From assembly GCA_035547635.1 (NCBI GenBank), contig DASZUP010000583.1:1-42560 (forward strand): a stretch of DNA of 42,560 bases, given 5' to 3'. Origin of the DNA: Pirellulales bacterium. GTDB lineage: Bacteria > Planctomycetota > Planctomycetia > Pirellulales > JAICIG01. Below are positions 17,275 through 25,235 of the stretch, piece after piece (positions within the stretch are counted from its first letter, which is position 1; every line of letters starts with the position of its first letter). The notes under the pieces were generated by a model. That model worked only from the letters and a program-made list of their open reading frames with translations, had not been told where the DNA came from and did no database searches. A program made the translations under genes and the position numbers.

Positions 17275-17532
17275 TCAGCCCCGAGCGTCGAACGGCGATT
17301 GGCCGACGGCGCCTGACGGCTGAGTTCGACGCGGCAAGACGAGCGAAAAAACCCACACGGCGAAAAACATGGCGCCGTGCACCGCCAGCATCAGCGCCAA
17401 TGAGGCAAAGCCGAGCGTCAACGCCATCGCCCACGCCGTTCCTCGAAGGGCGAATGCAGCGACGAGCGACAACACGGCGCAGACCGCGGTGACGGCAAGA
17501 ACCCAGCGCAGAGAAAACTGCGGCATCAACAT
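17275..17532 (-). CDS. small integral membrane protein (85 aa, 3 predicted helices)
   Basis: 'FSLRWVLAVTAVCAVLSLVAAFALRGTAWAMALTLGFASLALMLAVHGAMFFAVWVFSLVL'. Same strand as the 764-aa gene and 45 nt upstream of it. Confidence 0.55.
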   Translation of the reverse strand: MLMPQFSLRWVLAVTAVCAVLSLVAAFALRGTAWAMALTLGFASLALMLAVHGAMFFAVWVFSLVLPRRTQPSGAVGQSPFDARG

Positions 17533-17848
17533 ACCGCGATTGTGCCACGGCCGCCGCGGTATTCAAGCAAATTCTTTTTAAGCGGTCCGCGTGGCCGAGT
17601 GCGGCCTCAGGGCTGCCGCTCATTGGCAAGCTCCGGAGAACTGGCGGGGCAGCCGGCTCAAAAAAAAAGACGGAGAGCAGACGGCGAGCGTTTGGGCGGC
17701 AAAGACAGGTCTTTCGGAGTTTGCTAGCTTCCCGCCGTCAAACGAGTTAGAGTTTCCCTGAGAAGAAGTCCGCCAAAAGCATGACACCGTCGCCCCAAGA
17801 CGGTTATAATTGGAAATGCCAATGAAAGGCGGAAAAAGCAGAGGAAAG

Positions 17849-17922
17849 TACGCCCGGCAGGATTCGAACCTGCAACCCTCGGTTCCGAAGACCGATGCGC
17901 TATCCAATTGCGCCACGGGCGC
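17849..17922 (-). tRNA. tRNA-Arg (anticodon UCG)
   Basis: Reverse complement is GCGCCCG-UG-GCGC-AAUUGGAUA-GCGC-A-UCGGU-CUUCGGA-ACCGA-GGGUU-GCAGG-UUCGAAU-CCUGC-CGGGCGU-A. It folds by hand into a 74-nt cloverleaf with a UUCGAAU T-loop and anticodon loop C-U-UCG-G-A. No CCA is encoded. Position 1:72 is a G-U pair. Confidence 0.9.
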
Positions 17923-18083
17923 GAGTGGCGCGTGTAGGATACGGTTTCGGCGGCGGTTGTTCAAGCCGGGCAAAGGTTGGACATTCGCGGCGGTTGGGTT
18001 GACCCCCAGCGCGTGGGCATGATATAAGCGCTAAGTTGGCGCAACTCTCTCGGAACCGATCTTGTCGGCTGATCAATCTCCCA

Positions 18084-18761
18084 ATGGCCTTGATAACACT
18101 GCGGGTTCTGGACGGCGCTGACCGGGGCCGCGTCTTCGAAGGCTTGCCCACGCCCGTGACCATCGGTCGCGAAGAAGGCAACTCCGTTCAGCTCAATGAC
18201 GAGCGCGTCAGCCGGTTCCATCTGAAGATCCAGGAAGACCAGGACAAACTGGTGCTGACTGACCTGGAAAGCACCAATGGAACGAAAGTCAACGGCGAGG
18301 ACATTCAACTCCGCATCTTGCGCGTCGGCGATATGGTCTCCGTCGGCCGCTCCGTGCTGCTGTTCGGCTCGCGAGAGGAAATTGCCGAGCGCCTGGCCAG
18401 CCTGCGAAACGGCGACATGAAAGGCACGGGCACCATCAGCCCGGAAAGCGCCGCCGCCTCGCAGCGAGCGGCCAGCCTGGAATACGAGCTCAATTGGAGC
18501 GACAATCCCAACTTACAGGCGACTTTCAACTCGCTGGCGCCGCCCGAGCTGCCCGAACGGTTAAGTCCAGGGCAGGCCGCGCAACTTTCCGAACTGCTGG
18601 AATACCTGCACATTCGTATCCGCGACCTGCTGGCCTCGGTCGAGTGCGATGACGCGGACAAGCGAGTCAGCCTGGACGCCAGACGGTGGCAAAGCCTGCT
18701 CGACTTGCAAGGCCTGCTGGCCGAGTACATGCGTTCCATCGGCGAGCCCGGCGAGCTTTGA
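18084..18761 (+). CDS. FHA domain-containing protein
   Basis: 'VTIGREEGNSVQLNDERVSRFHLKIQEDQDKLVLTDLESTNGTKVNGEDI' is a canonical FHA core (G-R...S-x-x-H...N-G). Start at ATG 18084 (MALITLRVL). Confidence 0.88.
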   Translation: MALITLRVLDGADRGRVFEGLPTPVTIGREEGNSVQLNDERVSRFHLKIQEDQDKLVLTDLESTNGTKVNGEDIQLRILRVGDMVSVGRSVLLFGSREEIAERLASLRNGDMKGTGTISPESAAASQRAASLEYELNWSDNPNLQATFNSLAPPELPERLSPGQAAQLSELLEYLHIRIRDLLASVECDDADKRVSLDARRWQSLLDLQGLLAEYMRSIGEPGEL

Positions 18762-18774
18762 GCGGGCCCCGCCT

Positions 18775-19536
18775 TCAGAGCACGCGCCGCCGCTCGTGCT
18801 CCAACCGCTCGCTGAGAAAGTGGATGGCGCGCGGAGCCAGCAGGTTGTAATACTCCCAGCTATGGCCGCCGCCCGAGGTTTCCAGGTCATATTCGTGCGG
18901 AATGCCCAACGCTGCGAGCTTCATCCGCAGCTTTTGCGCGCTGTCGTGCCAGCGGATATCCGCCGGGTCGGAAGCAAAGAAGATGTTCCGCGGCCAGTTC
19001 AGCGGATGTACGTGCAGCGTTGCCGTATCTTGCCGGACCGCTTCCGCGTCGGGATACATCTGCGGCAGCGTCTCTTCCTGGTCCTCGTAGAATCGCAGTT
19101 GATAGTCGATCGCCGGAGCGATTGCCGCGCAGATCGGAAAACGGTTGGGGTGCTTGAAGGCGAACCGCAGCGCGCCTTGTCCGCCCATGCTCGTGCCGAG
19201 TAAGGCGACCTGCGGCGGCGTCGAGCCCCAACGCTGCGTTGCGTACGGCAAGACGTCGTCCAGCACGTGCCGTTCGGCCGTGAGCTGAGGGTCAAACTCG
19301 GGACAGATCTTGTCCGACCACCAGCTCCGTTGCGTGATCGGCGCCAAGACCGGCAGCCCGTGCTCGGCGAACTCGCGGGTAAAGGTCTCGTTCTCTGACA
19401 GCAGCGCCAGGCGAACGCCGTGCAGGTAGATCACGGCATATCCGTGTGGATTGCGTTCGGGCGGCTCGTAAACATCGCACGGGTGGCCGGCGAGCTCCAC
19501 TCGTTCCCAACGACCGGCAGAGGGGGGCAACGGCAT
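18775..19536 (-). CDS. alpha/beta-hydrolase, 'putative esterase' family
   Basis: Nucleophile elbow 'LLGTSMGGQGALRFA', 'VIYLHGV', and C-terminal 'GGGHSWEYY'. ATG 19536 is preceded by 'AAGGAGA'. Confidence 0.82.
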   Translation of the reverse strand: MPLPPSAGRWERVELAGHPCDVYEPPERNPHGYAVIYLHGVRLALLSENETFTREFAEHGLPVLAPITQRSWWSDKICPEFDPQLTAERHVLDDVLPYATQRWGSTPPQVALLGTSMGGQGALRFAFKHPNRFPICAAIAPAIDYQLRFYEDQEETLPQMYPDAEAVRQDTATLHVHPLNWPRNIFFASDPADIRWHDSAQKLRMKLAALGIPHEYDLETSGGGHSWEYYNLLAPRAIHFLSERLEHERRRVL

Positions 19537-19783
19537 TCTCCTTTTTTCACGGGGCATCTGAACTGAATCTAGTTTCACGGCCGAGATTGGGAAAGCCGCT
19601 GAGTCGCGAACCGGGGCCTGAAGGATCTTGGCTATCATCCAGGGTCCGCCGAAAACCGTCGCTCGGAACGATATTCTTCCCCGACAGATTTCTGAGCCCC
19701 CTTATTGCCGAAAGCAGCGCCGGCAGCACAAAATAGAAGATGTCGCCGGGCCCATTTGTCGCCACGCTCGCGGGAAGTTGTCG

Positions 19784-20515
19784 ATGCCAGAGTCAGATTC
19801 GACGTTACCCGATCAAGCATTGATGCGCCGCGTCCAAGCGGGCCAAACGGCGATGTTTGCCGAGTTGGTTCGCCGCTACCAGCCGGCTCTGCTGCGGGTG
19901 GCGCGCAGCCGACTGGGGCGCGACGACTGGGCAGAAGATGTCGTTCAGGAGACGTTCCTGGCCGCATTCAAGGGCCGCGACACGTATCGCGAGCCCTATA
20001 GCTTTCGCACCTGGCTGTGGACGATTCTTTTGAACAAGTGCCGCCGCTCATGGAGCGGCCAAAGTCGTCAGCCTCACGTGATCTGCTGGACGGACGAAGC
20101 CGCCGGCGGCGACCGACCGCCCCTCGACGAGGCCCGCCCGGCCAACCAGGCCGAGCAGCCGCTGGAACGCGTATTGGCTCGCGAGCGGGTCGATTTGCTC
20201 GAAGCTTCGTTGGCCTCGCTGCCGACCGCGCAAGCGGACGCTCTGCGGCTGCGGTTCTTTGGCGGCTTGAAGTTTGAAGAAATCGCCGAAACGATGCAGT
20301 GCAGCCTGGGGACGGCCAAGAATCGCGTCCGTTGGGGCTTGCTGCGCCTGGCCGACTCAGTCCATGCTCTGCGGCAGGAAGACGCGTCTTCTCCGGCGCG
20401 GCACGAGCCCCTTCGCCAGGCGAGCAAACCAGACGGCAATGCCGCTTCACTCGCTTCCGTCTCTTCCCTTTCTCCAACTCCGCACCGGTCAGACCGAGGC
20501 CAGGCGCCCTTATGA
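19784..20515 (+). CDS. ECF-type RNA polymerase sigma factor
   Basis: Region 2 'FAELVRRYQPALLRVARSRLGRDDWAEDVVQETFLAAF' and region 4 'LRLRFFGGLKFEEIAETMQCSLGTAKNRVRWGLLRL'. An extended Ser/Pro-rich C-terminal tail follows. ATG at 19784. Confidence 0.9.
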   Translation: MPESDSTLPDQALMRRVQAGQTAMFAELVRRYQPALLRVARSRLGRDDWAEDVVQETFLAAFKGRDTYREPYSFRTWLWTILLNKCRRSWSGQSRQPHVICWTDEAAGGDRPPLDEARPANQAEQPLERVLARERVDLLEASLASLPTAQADALRLRFFGGLKFEEIAETMQCSLGTAKNRVRWGLLRLADSVHALRQEDASSPARHEPLRQASKPDGNAASLASVSSLSPTPHRSDRGQAPL

Positions 20516-21222
20516 TTCAATGCGACGAAGTCTTTGACATCCTCACCCGCGGGCCGTTTCCTACCGGAGCGCCATCCGACGGAATTGTCGAATTGCACCT
20601 CGCTCAGTGCGAGAGCTGCCGGCAATTGGCCGAGGCGCTGCGACCGGCCCTTGAATTGTTTCAGGAGGCGGTAACGCCCGAAGAGAGCCGCACGCTGCCA
20701 AGCTATTGGGGAGAGACCGGTTCAAACCTGGCGCCTTGGTTGAGCGGGAAAAGCAGCGGCGGGGGCGGACGCGTCGCTCAACGCGCGCCCACATTGAGAC
20801 GCCGCATCCGATCTCCCTTGACGCTGCCTCGCTGGTCGCTGCCCCCCTCGGCTCGGGTGGCCGCCGCAGTCGTGTTGGGGATGGCCTTAGCGGGTCTGCT
20901 GCGTCGGCTGGGCTCCGATGAAATCGATTCCGCGGCACGACCGGCTGTTGCGGCGATGGGGCGCGCTCGCTGGCAAGCGGCGGAGGATCCGCGGCACTGG
21001 CTCCTGAAAACGAAGCTGGGTGCGGCGTGCAAGGCGGAGGTCGAGGGCGCCATGCTGGAAACCATGGCGGGAATGAGTCACGGAGACGAGGCGCCCTTCC
21101 GGCTGGCCTGTTGTACGGCCTGCCATAAGGTCGTCCAGGCGGCGAACACGCCAGGACATGCAGCGACGGCTTCGGTGGTCAGCGCCTGCACCGTTTGCCA
21201 TCACGTCCCGCAGGTGGAGTAG
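20512..21222 (+). CDS. membrane anti-sigma factor (ZAS-type H-x3-C-x2-C) with two C-terminal CXXCH motifs
   Basis: Its ATG overlaps the sigma stop (ATGA, 20512-20515). ZAS motif 'HLAQCESC' at 20596-20619. One TM helix 'VAAAVVLGMALAGLL'. C-terminal 'CTACH' at 21112-21126 and 'CTVCH' at 21187-21201. Confidence 0.8.
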   Translation: MIQCDEVFDILTRGPFPTGAPSDGIVELHLAQCESCRQLAEALRPALELFQEAVTPEESRTLPSYWGETGSNLAPWLSGKSSGGGGRVAQRAPTLRRRIRSPLTLPRWSLPPSARVAAAVVLGMALAGLLRRLGSDEIDSAARPAVAAMGRARWQAAEDPRHWLLKTKLGAACKAEVEGAMLETMAGMSHGDEAPFRLACCTACHKVVQAANTPGHAATASVVSACTVCHHVPQVE

Positions 21223-21630
21223 CCCTCGGGCGGCTCGAGGTTGTTCCGCATTTGCAGACTGGCTGGGCGGCATACTCAGCGCCATGCCCATCATTCGACG
21301 CCCAGGCCGAAGCGGCAGTTCCAGGAATGCCCGTTCGACCGTTCGGGGCCGACAAAACCCCTACATTTGGGTTTACTCCACTGTCCGGAAAACTTGCCTG
21401 ACAGGCTGGAATTTTCGTTTACTTATCGGCCGCTTCGCATCAGACTAGGAACGTACTGCCGTCCGGCGGCAATTTGGGCATTCCAAGGCGGATCGGACTT
21501 CGAGCGTTCGCTCATTCGGCCGCCGTTAGCCCGCCGGCCGGACGATCGAACGCTGCCCTGTCCGCTTGGGGCGGATCGGCGGCGTTTGCCTTTCGAAAAA
21601 CGACGGCTTGGCGTCAGGAGCTTGGGAACG

Positions 21631-22254
21631 ATGAGAGAAGCGCGTAGGCGGATGGCGGCGCGTGCCCTGCTGGCGGTCTGTTGCATGCTGCTGACCGCGG
21701 GCTCGGCGCGAGCGGGCGAGAACGGTTGGATTTCGCTGTTTGACGGCAAGACGCTCAAGGGCTGGGAGGCAAGCGAACGTCCGGAGAACTGGACGGTTGA
21801 AGATGGCGCCATCTGCGGCCACGGCGAGCGGAGCCATCTGTTCTATACGAACCGAGAATTCAAAAATTTCGAATTCAAGGCCGACGTGATGATCAACAAG
21901 GGGGGCAATTCGGGCATTTTCTTCCATAGCCAGCCCGAAGAGGGCTGGCCGACGAAAGGCTATGAAGCCCAGGTCAACAACACGCACAAGGACCCGGTGA
22001 AGACCGGCAGCATCTACTACACCGTCAAATTGTTTGAATCGCCCGCCCAGGACGATGCGTGGTGGACGCAACACATTATCGTGCAGGACAAGCGCATCAC
22101 CGTGAAGGTCAATGACAAGGTCTTGTTCGAATATGACGAGCCCGAGGGCGTGGCGGGGCCGCACAAGCTCTCCCAAGGCAAATTCGCCTTGCAGCAGCAC
22201 GACCCGGGCAGCAAAGTGCGTTACAAGAACATCATGGTCAAGCCGCTCCCCTAG
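21631..22254 (+). CDS. secreted DUF1080 / 3-keto-disaccharide hydrolase-like (concanavalin-like fold) protein
   Basis: Signal peptide 'ALLAVCCMLLTAGSARA', then 'GWISLFDGKTLKGWEA...NWTVEDGAI...NFEFKADVMINKGGNSGIFF...KFALQQHDPGSKVRYKNIMVKPL'. This is the typical DUF1080 pattern. Confidence 0.88.
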   Translation: MREARRRMAARALLAVCCMLLTAGSARAGENGWISLFDGKTLKGWEASERPENWTVEDGAICGHGERSHLFYTNREFKNFEFKADVMINKGGNSGIFFHSQPEEGWPTKGYEAQVNNTHKDPVKTGSIYYTVKLFESPAQDDAWWTQHIIVQDKRITVKVNDKVLFEYDEPEGVAGPHKLSQGKFALQQHDPGSKVRYKNIMVKPLP

Positions 22255-22388
22255 GGCCGGCCCAAATTCGGCCGCGGAGCAAAGGTTTGCTTGAAACCGG
22301 CGTTTTCACGGATTACGATTTTAGCTTCTGGGGCCTTGTCTCGAAACTCGACCGCCCGACTCTGAAAAACTCTCGGGAGCCTAAATCC

Positions 22389-23153
22389 ATGCTTCGTAGT
22401 ATGCCCCTCATGACGTGGGGATTCGTCTTCGCGCTGTGCTTGCCCGCTTTCGCCCAAGGCGACGCGCTGAATGAATTGTACGGCAATGGAGTACACGCCT
22501 ATAACGGCGGCAACTACCTCGAAGCCTACAACCAATTGACGGCCGCCGTTCAGAATCACAGCGAGGATCCGCGCGTCTTTTACTATCGCGGTTTGAGCTA
22601 CCTGAGACTGGGACGTCCGCAAGAAGCCGACGCCGATTTCGCTTCGGCCGCCGAATTGGAAATGTCGGATATTGACCGGTTCTACAACGTCAGCAAGGCG
22701 TTGGAACGCATCCAAGGCCGCGCCCGGCTGCAAATTGAACGACATCGCTCCGCCGCCCGCCTGGCGGCTTACCACGACCGCGAGCGAGCCCGCTACGAGC
22801 GCTACGAGCGCATCCGCCGCAACGAACCCAACGTGCTGCTGCAACCCAAACCGGGCGAGGCTGCCGAGCAGCCGGCTCCCAAAGAAATGGCCGAAGAGGA
22901 AGCCGCCTCCGACGCGCCCCCGACGCCTGACGAAGACATGCCGGCGGAAAAGGCGAAGCCCGCCGACTCAGACCCCGCCGACTCAGACAAAGATCCGTTC
23001 GGCGAGAGCGACAAGTCGTCGGACGACAAGGCGTCGGACAAAAAAGAGAAGCCCGCCGATGCCGAAAAAGATCCGTTCGCTGAAAAGGAAGATTCGGCCG
23101 ACGAAAAGAGCGATGCCTCCGACGATGCCGAAAAGGATCCGTTCGCTGAATAG
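22389..23153 (+). CDS. secreted TPR-like protein with a long acidic, repeat-containing C-terminal tail
   Basis: Signal peptide 'MTWGFVFALCLPAFAQG'. TPR-like 'YNGGNYLEAYNQLTAAVQNHSEDPRVFYYRGLSYLRLGRPQEADADFASAAELE'. The tail contains three '(D/E)KDPF(G/A)E' repeats. Confidence 0.8.
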   Translation: MLRSMPLMTWGFVFALCLPAFAQGDALNELYGNGVHAYNGGNYLEAYNQLTAAVQNHSEDPRVFYYRGLSYLRLGRPQEADADFASAAELEMSDIDRFYNVSKALERIQGRARLQIERHRSAARLAAYHDRERARYERYERIRRNEPNVLLQPKPGEAAEQPAPKEMAEEEAASDAPPTPDEDMPAEKAKPADSDPADSDKDPFGESDKSSDDKASDKKEKPADAEKDPFAEKEDSADEKSDASDDAEKDPFAE

Positions 23154-23263
23154 CATGGCGATGGCTGCCACGAACGAGTAATCGAACGCCAACGTAGCGG
23201 GCGAGAGGTTTTCCGCCCTGCTCATGAAATGCTCCTGCACGGGAAGCATGGTATGATGCGGGC

Positions 23264-23608
23264 ATGGTCGCAGCTCGTCGATCGCCGTTGCAGTTCGGTT
23301 TGCGGTTCCTGTTCCTGCTGCTGGCAGTCTCGGCCGTTTTGTCAGCGGCGCTGGCCGTAGCCGTCGAAGAACCGGCGCTGATGTTCTTGCTGGGCCGGGA
23401 CCGCGGCCGGATTGATTTGCATCGGCCGCTCTATTCCGGGGCCGCTCGACCAGGCGGCCGACGCAATTCACGATGGTCGACTTCTTGGCCTTGGCGTTTT
23501 TGTTTCAACTGCCAGTGGTCGCGTTGCACGGGCTGTTTGACGTTCGCTACGAGCCGCGCGTCTGGTCTTCGACGTCTTCGTGTGGATCGCCTGCCGCCGG
23601 GGGAGTGA
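23264..23608 (+). CDS. possible small membrane-anchored protein; reading frame downstream of ~23440 is doubtful
   Basis: The N-terminus 'MVAARRSPLQFGLRFLFLLLAVSAVLSAALAV' looks like the common planctomycete N-terminal anchor. The distal half ('RRNSRWSTSWPWRFCFNCQWSRCTGC') is not protein-like, and third-position GC drops. The +1-shifted frame (23473 onward, 'MVDFLALAFLFQLPVVALHGLFDVRYEPRV') looks better there. Confidence 0.3.
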   Translation: MVAARRSPLQFGLRFLFLLLAVSAVLSAALAVAVEEPALMFLLGRDRGRIDLHRPLYSGAARPGGRRNSRWSTSWPWRFCFNCQWSRCTGCLTFATSRASGLRRLRVDRLPPGE

Positions 23609-23614
23609 CATCGC

Positions 23615-24298
23615 ATGTGGATGGTTCTCCAACTCATCCGGACCAGCGTGCTCATTTTCTTCGCCGCGGCGGCCATCCGAATCGCCACGGCGATTGCCAG
23701 GGCGTTTTATGCCCCGCCCGCCCGGCAATCTGGGAAGTTCAACGGGCGCCGTCTGCTCGGATGGACCGTGCTGTTGCCCATCGCCGCGGCCCTGATTTCC
23801 TTGCAATTCGGCGGGTTCTACGCGTTCACCGATTCACACGGCGGAAGCTGGTCGTACCTCGGACACGGCTGGCCGCTGGGGCATCAATTCTCCTTGATGG
23901 AGACTTTCAACTTGCATCGGGATTCCGAGCATGCCATTTACTTCGCCGCCCTGGCGACGAATCTTGCATCCTTGCTGGCAATCCTGGCCGCCGTGCGTTA
24001 CGTGCTCGATCGGCTTCTAACGGCGGTTGAAGCAGCACGCGCGGGCCGGGAGGCCGCCCTGAATGCGGCCGCCGGGCTGGCGGCTTTTGCCGTTGCGTTG
24101 TTGGTCGATCGCTGGCTGGCTGATCCGGTGGTAATTCCCGGCACGTCGATGCTGTTTTACACGCCGCTCGCGCACGATCTCTGGTATTGCCGCTTGCCGG
24201 TCCTGGTTGGATTGAGCTGTCTGTTGTTTGTTTTCGGCGCCTGGATCGTGCGAGGAGTGAAGGCTTTCTTCCAGCTCCGCGAAGAAGGCGTGATTTGA
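23615..24298 (+). CDS. polytopic membrane protein of unknown function (227 aa)
   Basis: Several hydrophobic helices ('VLIFFAAAAIRIATAIA', 'LLGWTVLLPIAAALISLQFGGF', 'IYFAALATNLASLLAILAAV', 'LAAFAVALLVD', 'LPVLVGLSCLLFVFGAWIV') and high third-position GC. Confidence 0.65.
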   Translation: MWMVLQLIRTSVLIFFAAAAIRIATAIARAFYAPPARQSGKFNGRRLLGWTVLLPIAAALISLQFGGFYAFTDSHGGSWSYLGHGWPLGHQFSLMETFNLHRDSEHAIYFAALATNLASLLAILAAVRYVLDRLLTAVEAARAGREAALNAAAGLAAFAVALLVDRWLADPVVIPGTSMLFYTPLAHDLWYCRLPVLVGLSCLLFVFGAWIVRGVKAFFQLREEGVI

Positions 24299-24353
24299 AG
24301 CGGGAGGAGCGTGATGGAAACGCGGGTAAGGCGATCGCCTTCGTCCGAGTCGC

Positions 24354-25235
24354 TTACTTCTTCTTCGGCTTCATTATGGCTTGCAGTTCGTCCCACTGCT
24401 GGTTGGTCACGGCTTCAAGATAGTTGAACTCGCCCGCGCCCCGGACCAACTCGCCGCCGTCCAGGGTGATGCAGGAACCGGTCATATAGGCGCTATAGTC
24501 AGAGAGCAGATAAGCGGCCAGGTTCGCCAGTTCTTGGTGCTCGCCGACTCGGCCGAGCGGAATGCGTTCCGCAGGATTGAAGAGCCCCTGCAGCGGCTCG
24601 GGCATCAGACGCGACCAGGCGCCTTCGGTCGGAAACGGCCCGGGGGCAATGGCGTTGGAACGAATGCCGTACTTGCCCCACTCCGAAGCGAGCGAACGAG
24701 TCAGCGCCAACACGCCCGCCTTGGCCACGGCCGATGGCACGACAAAGCCCGAGCCGGTCGACGCATAGGTGGCGACAATGTTCAAGATCACGCCCGGCGT
24801 CCCTTCGGCAATCCACTGCTTGCCGAAGGCCAGCGTGCAGTGCGTCGTGCCGCCCAATACGATGTCGACGACGGTCTGAAAAGCGTTGTAGCTGAGTCGT
24901 TCGGTCGGGCAGATGAAATTGCCGGCCGCGTTGTTGATCAGCCCGTGGACCACGCCAAAGCGCCCCTTCGCCGCCGCCACGAGTGCATTGACCTGGTCGG
25001 TGTTGCGCACGTCGCAGGGTTGCGGCAGCACTTCGCCGCCGGTTTCTTGCTCCAACTCTCGAGCCGTCTGCTGGAGCACTTCCGCTCGCCGGCCGCAGAT
25101 CACCAGTCGGGCGCCCAAGGACAACAAGCAGCGGCCCATCGAGCGTCCGAGCCCAGTGCCGCCGCCGGTGATGACGATCGTCTTGCCGGCAAAGGCGCCG
25201 GGCCTGAGCATGGTTTCAGTGTTCGCGACAGTCAT
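24354..25235 (-). CDS. SDR-family 2,4-dienoyl-CoA reductase-like oxidoreductase (DECR/PECR type)
   Basis: 'KTIVITGGGTGLG', 'INNAAGNFICPTERLSYNAFQTVVDIVLGGT', 'TGSGFVVPSAVAKAGVLALTRSLASEWGKYGIRSNAIAPGPF'. This is a near-textbook match to the DECR signature blocks. Its ATG 25235 overlaps the upstream stop (ATGA). Confidence 0.9.
   Translation of the reverse strand: MTVANTETMLRPGAFAGKTIVITGGGTGLGRSMGRCLLSLGARLVICGRRAEVLQQTARELEQETGGEVLPQPCDVRNTDQVNALVAAAKGRFGVVHGLINNAAGNFICPTERLSYNAFQTVVDIVLGGTTHCTLAFGKQWIAEGTPGVILNIVATYASTGSGFVVPSAVAKAGVLALTRSLASEWGKYGIRSNAIAPGPFPTEGAWSRLMPEPLQGLFNPAERIPLGRVGEHQELANLAAYLLSDYSAYMTGSCITLDGGELVRGAGEFNYLEAVTNQQWDELQAIMKPKKK

Noticed and set aside
17533-19638. A genomic island or prophage integrated at the tRNA-Arg gene.
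   Set aside because: There is no integrase, recombinase or phage gene, and no direct repeat of the tRNA 3' end visible within the window. The flanking genes (an FHA protein and an esterase) have the same GC-rich composition as the rest.
22983-23471. 162-aa minus-strand ORF and other minus ORFs (23431-23688, 23468-23806) as alternative explanations for the unclear 23264-23615 region.
   Set aside because: Their translations are Arg-rich and partly antisense to the acidic tail of the TPR gene. Third-position GC favours the plus strand.
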